A stretch of DNA of 54,746 bases from Fluviicola sp. (GTDB lineage Bacteria; Bacteroidota; Bacteroidia; Flavobacteriales_D; Crocinitomicaceae), in NCBI GenBank assembly GCA_046308455.1, contig JBKDZA010000277.1, positions 1 to 54,746 of the forward strand. The letters run 5' to 3'. Positions 47,410-54,746 of the stretch are shown piece by piece. Both the position numbers and the translations under genes were made by a program. The stretch's first letter is position 1, and every line of letters begins with the position of its first letter. Under the pieces are notes generated by a model. It saw only the letters and a list, made by a program, of their open reading frames with translations. It made no database searches and was not told the DNA's origin.

Positions 47410-48237
47410 ATGAATTACGTAGAAGAATGCCTAAAGTGTTTAGAATCTGGAAGTTGGTCAGAGCTTATTGAAATACTAAAAAATAATTCGATAGATTTAT
47501 CAGAATCTTCAATTTTCTCAGTATTTGAAACTCAACTAATCAACGAACTTAAAAGACATGAAAATGAAAGAAATGAAGATTCAATAACCGCAGCAACAAC
47601 AATATTTACTACTCATGAAGATTCTAAATTCAAATTTAAATTATCAGATAATGCATATAAAAAGTTAACAAAATATTTGTTCGATAAAAACCCAAGTGAT
47701 TATTATGCGAGAATAATTTCAGATGACAAAGAAGCTATTGATTTCCTAGAACAGCATAACATAGAAACTGAAAAGAAAATTAGCAAAGGAATAATTGGAG
47801 CTCATCTTAACATAAAATCAAATGAACAAGGAGAGTTAAACTTTGTCAAAGACATTTTCAATTCTCCACAAGAGAAAGAGTTATATTTTGGTGCTAAAGA
47901 AGTTTTTCAAGAATATATTTTATTACCAAATACAGCCCTAAGCACAATTATTAATAATAATGTAAAAGATTTACTTGATAAGAAAACGACAACTTTCTTT
48001 TTTAAATCTACACTTGATTTATGTATAGTAAATCCAATTACATTTATCCCCGAAATATTTATCGAATTAGATAGTAAAACTTGGCACGACAAACCAGAAA
48101 ATCAAGAAAAAGATTTAATGAAAGATAAGATTTTCAGAATTGCTGGAATAGAGTTACATCGCATAAGAAAAAAAGAAAACTTAGAGATGAATGAAATTTT
48201 TAAACTTTTTCTAAGAGAGCTAAAAGACAATCTTTGA
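47410..48237 (+). CDS. DUF2726 (PD-(D/E)xK-like) domain protein
   Basis: FNSPQE...PN.AL...DLCIV...IELDS..WHD...KD..KD.IF..AGI.L.RI. ATG 47410 preferred because the track start lies in the repeat. Confidence 0.75.
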   Translation: MNYVEECLKCLESGSWSELIEILKNNSIDLSESSIFSVFETQLINELKRHENERNEDSITAATTIFTTHEDSKFKFKLSDNAYKKLTKYLFDKNPSDYYARIISDDKEAIDFLEQHNIETEKKISKGIIGAHLNIKSNEQGELNFVKDIFNSPQEKELYFGAKEVFQEYILLPNTALSTIINNNVKDLLDKKTTTFFFKSTLDLCIVNPITFIPEIFIELDSKTWHDKPENQEKDLMKDKIFRIAGIELHRIRKKENLEMNEIFKLFLRELKDNL

Positions 48238-48260
48238 TTTTTTTTTTAAAATTCTACTTT

Positions 48261-48288
48261 TTCAATTTTTCCTTTTCAATTTTCAATT
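48261..48288 (-). repeat. Right arm of heptamer inverted repeat
   Basis: Reverse complement AATTGAA AATTGAA AAGGAAA AATTGAA; 25/28 identical to the left arm. Confidence 0.8.
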
Positions 48289-49018
48289 ACCAAAAGAACA
48301 TTCCTTCAAGAACTCTAGCTCCAAAAGGTTGACCTTCTAGTTTTTCGACCATTTCATCGTAAAGTTCCTTGTAAGTATATTCTTTCCCTTTCTTTTTAGG
48401 TTCAGCTAATTCCGCTTCAGTTGGGTCAATAATTTCCACTTTTGAAGCAAAATAAACGATTCCACCATTTTCTGTAGCTAATCCTAAGATTGCTCCTGGA
48501 AGACCTTGCACAGATTCTGGACCTAATGTTGGAACAATATCTGTCGTATACCATGCATAAATACGTGTAGTATCATTCTTTTGCCAAATTGCACGAGTAC
48601 ATTCATACCCCGCAATTTTACGTGTTCCAGAAGTGATAATCCAATCTCTATTTACAACGCTATCTTTCATAGTAAGTGACGTACCAAACATATCCATGAA
48701 AACACTACGAGTACCTTGATTTAAATTCGTGTAGACACTGTTTTTCCATGTAGCCCAAGCCATTTGATCTTCTTCATCTGGAGCAATATAAGCGTAATTA
48801 GAAATGGAATCATTAAAGATAAGTGAGAATTTATCTACTTTAATTTTATTTTCTTCCTTGATGAATTTCTTCATACGATCGTCATCGAATTGCTTGTACA
48901 AATTCGTTCTACGTTCGTATGTGATTTTTCCTTTCGTTACAATTTGAGCCTTAGAACTCAAAGAAAGCATACAGCAAATTACTGTTGCAAGAATATTAAT
49001 GCCAACCTTCGAAATCAT
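48287..49018 (-). CDS. GLPGLI-family protein
   Basis: W......KIAGYECTRA...AWYTTDI...GPESVQGLPGAIL. Confidence 0.9.
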   Translation of the reverse strand: MISKVGINILATVICCMLSLSSKAQIVTKGKITYERRTNLYKQFDDDRMKKFIKEENKIKVDKFSLIFNDSISNYAYIAPDEEDQMAWATWKNSVYTNLNQGTRSVFMDMFGTSLTMKDSVVNRDWIITSGTRKIAGYECTRAIWQKNDTTRIYAWYTTDIVPTLGPESVQGLPGAILGLATENGGIVYFASKVEIIDPTEAELAEPKKKGKEYTYKELYDEMVEKLEGQPFGARVLEGMFFW

Positions 49019-51746
49019 TTTCTGTAGTTTTAAAGTTATTAAATCTGTATGTCAAACGTGCCATGAAATAACGACGAATCAAGGTAACATTTTGATCGGT
49101 GATGATGTTTCCTTGTACAAATCTATTATTTGAAATGTTTTGATTCAAGATATCGTTTGCTTCAATCGCAAATCTCAAGTTGTTGTTTTTAGTAAATGCG
49201 CGTTCAATACTTGCATTCCATACCACAAAATTTAAGTTATATCCAGAAGTTCTACCTGTACTAATTGTGTAATCAGCGTCAGTTCGGATTGTGATTTTAG
49301 ATTTTCCAGGAATGATCCAACGAATGCTTCCATCAATTGTGTAATTCGTAAATGGACTTGTATTAAACGTTGCCAATGAGTTTTTAGGAATCGACGCATT
49401 CATGTCATATCCAATTCTTAACGACAATGAATCTTTTTCAAATTCAACAGAAAAATTAAATCCTGCACTTGTTGTTTTAGCGATGTTTTTCAAACTATCA
49501 ACGAATGATTGTGTATTGTTATATCCTGCATTGATTCCAAAATCTCCACGCATGTTTTTCGCTTTTGGGATTGGGAATCCCATACCACCATACAAACTTG
49601 AGTAGAAATTATTATCTACGTTTACAGTTTGAGAAATAGCTCTACCAAAGTTATCATAAGTTGTACTTGAACTAAAATCATTTTGATTTAAATTCATCCA
49701 AATTCCGCTATAAGTATAGAATCCAGATAAACCTTTCCACATATTTTGATTGATGGAAATTGTATGTGTATAATTCGGTTTCAAATCAGGATTTCCAACT
49801 TTTACATAGTTTGGATTCGAGTTATCAGGAACTGGTTGTAAATCATTGATTGAAGGCAATGAAGATCCAGCATTGTATCGAATATTGATTCGAGATGAAT
49901 TCGAAAACTTAATTAAGAATGTTGCTCTTGGCAAAAAATTCGTCAAACTTTGAGGAGTCAATGTATTCGTAAACGCATTCATGTTATCAATTGAAATTGT
50001 ACGTAAACGTGTCCCCAATGAAAAACGTATTTTTTTGAATTCATAAATTCCAAACACTCCAAATTTTTGTTGTGAACGTGTAGTTTCAAAACGATTCGAG
50101 AAAGATGAATCGATTGTTGTCGCTTGATTTGAATAAGTTAGTTTCTCTTGAGCTTTGTCATTTGAATAAAATTCATAGTCAAATTCTAATTTCCATTTTT
50201 TAGAGATTGGCTCAATAAAGTTTGCGTAAGCAGTATGAGAAATATTGTTATTCGTTGCTTGTCTATTTTGAAAAAGTGTATCAGCTAATGCTGGAAAAGC
50301 TGTGAACATACCAATTGTTTCAAAATCAGTTTCAGATTTATCATCGTTAAAACCTAGATTGTATCTAACTTTTAAAGCTCTATTTTTCTTTTTAAACTTT
50401 CTAGTATATCGAACAGCAGTATTGAATTCCAATCCGTTTGATTCTACATCATTTAATATTGTAGTTGTTCGTGACAATAAATTATTACCATCGATAAAAC
50501 CCATTAAATTATTTGTACCTGTTGCAGTTTTATTCAATGTCAATTTAGGTTCAATTTCAATATCTGAAAGTGAATCAATTTTTTGATTGAATTTTAAACT
50601 AACCGCATGTTGCAAGTAACTTTGAGTTGCATTATCAGTTTCGTCAGTAAAATAAGTAGTATCTGTCAAATTATACTGTGAAAAAGTTGTTTTCTTTGAG
50701 TTCACATCAAATTTTGAGAAGGTATAATTCAAACGTGCTTCTCCACCTTTCCAAAGTTTTTGTTCAACAAACATACCTGCTTTTATGGTTGACGGAATAC
50801 CTTCATCTTCACTAAGACCATTGTTTCCTTGCATACTCATATCATCTGAGTCATCCCAATTCCAACCACCACCTTGACTTACACCAAACTTATACAAATC
50901 ACGACCATTTAAAGCCGTTTTAGGAGTATTGGAAGTCAATGCGAAAAACCCTAGTTTTTGTCTGTTATTGTATACATTAAACAGTAATTCGCCTTCGTAA
51001 AATACGTAATTTGAAGGTGTAAATTGATTCAAACCTACAGCAATACTTGACTTCCCAAAATACCATTTCTTGGCTTCTTCTTTCAGTTTCAGATCGAGAA
51101 CTTGTACTTTATCATCCGAACCATCTTCAGCATCTTTTTCGTAAATCTCAACTGTTTCAACACCTTCAGCAGCCAAGTTCTTTGTTGCAATCGTTGGATC
51201 TGAACCAAAGAATTCATCTCCATCCACTAAAACTTGATTGATTTCTTTTCCTTGATTGGTAATTTTACCTTCCTTATCAACTTTAATTCCTGGTAATTTT
51301 TTCAAAAGATCCTCTACTACCGCTCCTTGTGCAACTTTGAAACTATCCGCAATAAAAACCATCGTATCTCCTCTAAAATAGATCGGATTTCTGTTCGCGT
51401 AAATGACAACTTCTCCAACACTACTTGCTTTATCAGGCAAACCCATTTGTCCTAAATTCAACTCATTATTTGAAGATGAACCAAGAAAAACTGATTTAAA
51501 ATCAGCAAAATCAGGATGTTTTATAGTAAATTGAACCGTGTCATAAGGAATAGTCATATTGATTTTTCCATATTTATCACTTCGTTGAAAACCAACAAGG
51601 ACAGAATCTTTCACTCTCACAGCAATACCAACAGCATTACGAATGGGTGTTTGAGAATTCGTGTCAACTAATGTTGCTGAAATTTTCATATTTTGCCCAA
51701 ACGAAACATTTGAAAGCAATAAAAATAAAACGAGGATTTTTTTCAT
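48996..51746 (-). CDS. Outer-membrane beta-barrel protein (TonB-dependent-receptor-like, GLPGLI-associated)
   Basis: GDT..F.AD.F, VEDLLKKLPG, VDG.EFF..DP..ATKNL, GNPDLKP, RYFM..LTYRF. Confidence 0.88.
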   Translation of the reverse strand: MKKILVLFLLLSNVSFGQNMKISATLVDTNSQTPIRNAVGIAVRVKDSVLVGFQRSDKYGKINMTIPYDTVQFTIKHPDFADFKSVFLGSSSNNELNLGQMGLPDKASSVGEVVIYANRNPIYFRGDTMVFIADSFKVAQGAVVEDLLKKLPGIKVDKEGKITNQGKEINQVLVDGDEFFGSDPTIATKNLAAEGVETVEIYEKDAEDGSDDKVQVLDLKLKEEAKKWYFGKSSIAVGLNQFTPSNYVFYEGELLFNVYNNRQKLGFFALTSNTPKTALNGRDLYKFGVSQGGGWNWDDSDDMSMQGNNGLSEDEGIPSTIKAGMFVEQKLWKGGEARLNYTFSKFDVNSKKTTFSQYNLTDTTYFTDETDNATQSYLQHAVSLKFNQKIDSLSDIEIEPKLTLNKTATGTNNLMGFIDGNNLLSRTTTILNDVESNGLEFNTAVRYTRKFKKKNRALKVRYNLGFNDDKSETDFETIGMFTAFPALADTLFQNRQATNNNISHTAYANFIEPISKKWKLEFDYEFYSNDKAQEKLTYSNQATTIDSSFSNRFETTRSQQKFGVFGIYEFKKIRFSLGTRLRTISIDNMNAFTNTLTPQSLTNFLPRATFLIKFSNSSRINIRYNAGSSLPSINDLQPVPDNSNPNYVKVGNPDLKPNYTHTISINQNMWKGLSGFYTYSGIWMNLNQNDFSSSTTYDNFGRAISQTVNVDNNFYSSLYGGMGFPIPKAKNMRGDFGINAGYNNTQSFVDSLKNIAKTTSAGFNFSVEFEKDSLSLRIGYDMNASIPKNSLATFNTSPFTNYTIDGSIRWIIPGKSKITIRTDADYTISTGRTSGYNLNFVVWNASIERAFTKNNNLRFAIEANDILNQNISNNRFVQGNIITDQNVTLIRRYFMARLTYRFNNFKTTENDFEGWH

Positions 51747-51870
51747 ACAAGAAATTGAATGACAAAAATAATTTGTTTTTATGAAGAAAATAAAAGAAAA
51801 TTATCAGTTTGTGCTAAAAACTGTTAAAAGGTAAACAAAGTTGTTGAATGGAATAGCTTATCTTTACATC

Positions 51871-52512
51871 ATGAGAGTTTTAATTTCTGGCGCAAGTGGA
51901 TTGGTAGGTTCCTATCTTTTAGAAGAGCTACTTCAACATCCAAAAATCACTAAAGTGTATTCATTAGTCCGAACAAATTCGAGTATTAAACATGATAAAC
52001 TGATTGAAGAACTAGTTGACTTTTCGTCATTCCAAGCCTATTCATTCGAGGGTGATTACGATTGTGCGTTTTGTTGTTTAGGAACGACTTTGCGTAAAGC
52101 TGGATCAAAAGAAAATCAATTTAAAATTGATCATGATTATGTGGTAAACTTTGCTCAATTCGCAAAAGAAGAAGGAGTTAGATCCTTTGGAGTTGTTTCT
52201 TCTTTGGGTGCTAAAACACCAAGTTCAAATTTCTATTTGGATACGAAGGGTAAAATGGAGAACTCTTTAAAAGCATTGGAGTTTGAGAGTTTAACAATTA
52301 TTCGACCGTCTTTTTTATTGGGTGAACGAAAAGAATTCCGCTTGATGGAAAAGATAAGCACGCCAATTATAAGATTCTTAGGTTTGTTTTTCGTTGGTAA
52401 AATGAAGAAATACAAAGGAATTCATGCGAAACAAGTTGCGAAAAGTTTAACTGAAGCAACTATTGAATCAAAAAAAGGAAAGAAAATTATTGAATCTAAT
52501 GAGATCCAATAA
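51871..52512 (+). CDS. NAD(P)-binding Rossmann-fold protein (YraR/TIP30-like)
   Basis: GASGLVG, FCCLGTT, VSSLGA, Y...KG.ME, RPSFLLG; ATG 51871 preferred. Confidence 0.9.
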   Translation: MRVLISGASGLVGSYLLEELLQHPKITKVYSLVRTNSSIKHDKLIEELVDFSSFQAYSFEGDYDCAFCCLGTTLRKAGSKENQFKIDHDYVVNFAQFAKEEGVRSFGVVSSLGAKTPSSNFYLDTKGKMENSLKALEFESLTIIRPSFLLGERKEFRLMEKISTPIIRFLGLFFVGKMKKYKGIHAKQVAKSLTEATIESKKGKKIIESNEIQ

Positions 52513-52520
52513 ATATCATT

Positions 52521-52552
52521 AAAAAACGCTGAGCAATTTCTTACCCAGCGTT
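52521..52552 (-). terminator. Probable terminator of typA
   Basis: AACGCTG...CAGCGTT stem with A6 on + strand. Confidence 0.6.
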
Positions 52553-52560
52553 CTATTTTT

Positions 52561-52593
52561 TTTCAATTTTCAATTATAAATTGAACATTGGAA
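52561..52593. repeat. Gene-less heptamer inverted repeat
   Basis: TTCAATT TTCAATT ata AATTGAA CATTGGA. Confidence 0.6.
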
Positions 52594-52595
52594 TT

Positions 52596-54392
52596 TTATT
52601 TTCCTGAACGTTTACGTTCGTTTTCTTTCAATAAAATTTTACGGATACGTAAGTTTTCAGGTGTTACCTCAACATACTCATCACCTTGAATGTATTCTAA
52701 ACACTCTTCTAAAGAGAAGATTTTTGCTGGTGCTAAACGAACTTTTTCGTCAGCTCCTGAAGAACGCATGTTCGACATTTTCTTTGTCTTCGTTACGTTC
52801 ACACACAAATCACCTGCACGTGAGTTCTCACCAATTACTTGACCTTCGTAGATGTTTTCATTTGGATTAATGAAGAATTTACCACGATCTTGTAAGTTAT
52901 TCAATGAGAAAGGAATTGAAGTTCCTTGCTCCAAAGAAATCATTGAACCATTTTGACGTCCTGGAATTTCTCCTTTGAACGGTTGGTATTCCAAGAAACG
53001 GTGTGTCATAATTGCTTCACCAGCCGTTTGAGTCAACAAATAATTACGTAATCCGATGATTCCTCTTGAAGGAATTTGGAATTGAATAATCATACGTGCA
53101 CCTTTCGGTTCCATGTTTGTCATTTCACCTTTACGTTTTGTTACCGCCTCAACAGCAGTTCCAGAAAACTCTTCCGGTAAATCGATTGTTAATTCTTCAA
53201 TTGGCTCACATTTTTTACCATCAATTTCTTTAATGATTACTTGTGGCTGACCAACTTGCAATTCGTATCCTTCACGACGCATTGTTTCGATCAAAACTGA
53301 TAAATGCAATACTCCACGACCTGCAACGATCCATTTGTCTGCTTTATCTGTATCAGAAACGCGCATTGCCAAGTTTTTCTCTAACTCTTTCGTTAAACGT
53401 TCTTGGATATGGCGAGAAGTTACTTTTTTACCTTCTTTACCAAAGAATGGAGAATCATTGATTGAGAACAACATGTTCATTGTTGGTTCGTCAATTTTGA
53501 TAGAAGCTAATGGTTCTGGATTTTCAGCATCACAGATAACATCACCAATTTCGAAACCTTCGATTCCTGTAACCGCACAAATATCACCAGCTTGCACTGA
53601 TTCAACTTTTCTACGTTCAGTTCCGTCAAAAACAAATAATTCTTTCACGCGGTGTTTCTCTTGTGTACCATCGCGTTTAGCCAAAATTATTGGTTGGTTT
53701 TCTTTTAACGTACCACGGTGTAAACGACCAATTGCGATTCGACCTACGTAAGTTGAGAAATCCAAAGATGTAACTAATAATTGTGTGTTTCCTTCTTCAA
53801 TTTTTCTTGGTGGGAAGTACTCCAAAATTTTGTCTAACAAATCCGTAATATCTGTCTTAGGTTGTTTCCAATCTGTTGACATCCATCCGTTTTTAGCTGA
53901 ACCGTAAATTGTTGGGAACTCTAATTGCTCTTCGTTTGCATCTAATTCGAACATCAAATCGAAAACTTTCTCTTGAACTTCGTCAGGAGTACAATTGTCT
54001 TTATCCACTTTATTGATAACCAACAAAGGTTTGATTCCCATTGACAAGGCTTTTCCTAAAACGAAACGCGTTTGAGGCATTGGACCTTCAAAAGCATCCA
54101 CTAACAAACAAACACCATCAGCCATGTTCAATACACGCTCTACTTCTCCTCCAAAATCGGCGTGACCTGGAGTGTCAATGATATTAATTTTTGTTCCTTT
54201 ATACGAAACAGAAACGTTTTTAGAAACGATTGTAATACCACGTTCGCGTTCTAAATCATTACTATCCATGATCAAATCACCAGTAGGACGGTCGCGTTCG
54301 TTAATAACCATTCCTGCTTCAATCATTTTGTCAACCAATGTTGTTTTACCGTGGTCAACGTGTGCAATAATTGCAATATTTCTTATTTCCAT
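52596..54392 (-). CDS. typA: Translational GTPase TypA/BipA
   Basis: RNIAIIAHVDHGKTTLVD, DTPGHADFGGEVER, RREGYE, LE.I..DE.VEVTP; ATG 54392 preferred. Confidence 0.98.
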   Translation of the reverse strand: MEIRNIAIIAHVDHGKTTLVDKMIEAGMVINERDRPTGDLIMDSNDLERERGITIVSKNVSVSYKGTKINIIDTPGHADFGGEVERVLNMADGVCLLVDAFEGPMPQTRFVLGKALSMGIKPLLVINKVDKDNCTPDEVQEKVFDLMFELDANEEQLEFPTIYGSAKNGWMSTDWKQPKTDITDLLDKILEYFPPRKIEEGNTQLLVTSLDFSTYVGRIAIGRLHRGTLKENQPIILAKRDGTQEKHRVKELFVFDGTERRKVESVQAGDICAVTGIEGFEIGDVICDAENPEPLASIKIDEPTMNMLFSINDSPFFGKEGKKVTSRHIQERLTKELEKNLAMRVSDTDKADKWIVAGRGVLHLSVLIETMRREGYELQVGQPQVIIKEIDGKKCEPIEELTIDLPEEFSGTAVEAVTKRKGEMTNMEPKGARMIIQFQIPSRGIIGLRNYLLTQTAGEAIMTHRFLEYQPFKGEIPGRQNGSMISLEQGTSIPFSLNNLQDRGKFFINPNENIYEGQVIGENSRAGDLCVNVTKTKKMSNMRSSGADEKVRLAPAKIFSLEECLEYIQGDEYVEVTPENLRIRKILLKENERKRSGK

Positions 54393-54414
54393 CTTTTTAT
54401 GATACAAATTTCAG

Positions 54415-54463
54415 ATTGCAAATTCCAAATCAGCAGATTAATCTGTAATTTGAAATTTGCAAT
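54415..54463. repeat. Inverted repeat with heptamer periodicity upstream of typA
   Basis: ATTGCAAATTCCAAAT vs ATTTGAAATTTGCAAT (15/16 complementary) enclosing the palindrome CAGATTAATCTG. Confidence 0.6.
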
Positions 54464-54469
54464 TTTTTT

Positions 54470-54745
54470 TTAATAATTTTTAACTGTTGAGGGTTTATCT
54501 GAAAAACGACGTCCGCTTGATGAAGACGTTCTTTCTCTACGTGCATTTGGGTTTGTTCCACGATCTGAAGACGAAGATGATTTACCAAAACCACCACCGC
54601 TACTTCTTTCTGAACGTTTTTCACCACCACGGGATTCGAATTTTGGTTTACCAAAACTTCCACCTGAGCTTTCTCTACGTTTGAAATCACCACCGCTTTT
54701 GAAGCCTCCGCCGCCATTTCCTTTGAAATCGCCACCACCTCTACG
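54470..54745 (-). CDS. C-terminal G/R/S-rich tail of a truncated gene, probably a DEAD-box RNA helicase
   Basis: Manual frame RRGGGDFKGNGGGGFKSGGDFKRRESSGG...RRFSDKPSTVKNY*; the helicase call rests only on tail composition. Confidence 0.55.
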   Translation of the reverse strand, partial: RRGGGDFKGNGGGGFKSGGDFKRRESSGGSFGKPKFESRGGEKRSERSSGGGFGKSSSSSDRGTNPNARRERTSSSSGRRFSDKPSTVKNY

Positions 54746-54746
54746 C

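Noticed and set aside
54430-54738. 102-aa track ORF MVAISKEMAAE...
   Set aside because: Wrong frame; the G/R/S-rich frame ending at TAA 54472-54470 is the plausible coding frame.

Overview
AT-rich Bacteroidota chromosome segment, probably Flavobacteriales (Crocinitomicaceae/Fluviicola-like). The taxonomy is inferred from TAnnTTTG promoters, the T9SS type-B CTD, the GLPGLI gene, the monomeric IDH and the rpsL-rpsG-fusA-rpsJ order without tuf. About a third of the window (23.2-40.6 kb, minus strand) is the contiguous str-S10-spc-alpha ribosomal cluster, followed by carA-eno. The flanks hold: the left end of an ISL3-type IS; a long structured non-coding element; a TetR/ABC/HlyD/TolC exporter operon whose only ABC subunit has a degenerate ATPase; icd; a probable Zur-regulated small-protein + COG0523 GTPase pair; GT87, DUF4403 and OmpA genes; hutU; a T9SS substrate; fabH; a LysM protein; uvrD; a DUF2726 gene; an OMP-GLPGLI pair; and typA. 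I found no tRNA, rRNA, CRISPR array or prophage. The most notable observations are: (1) a lone DUF2726 nuclease-like gene bracketed by 28-bp inverted repeats built from AATTGAA heptamers, with gene-less heptamer hairpins elsewhere in the window; (2) a secreted-protein gene split by a frameshift that maps onto a (TA)5T tract (possible phase variation); (3) the ATPase-dead T1SS-like operon; (4) the nested-hairpin element at 161-391; (5) several probable leaderless genes and an internal promoter in the spc operon. All family calls come from motif recognition by eye, not database searches.
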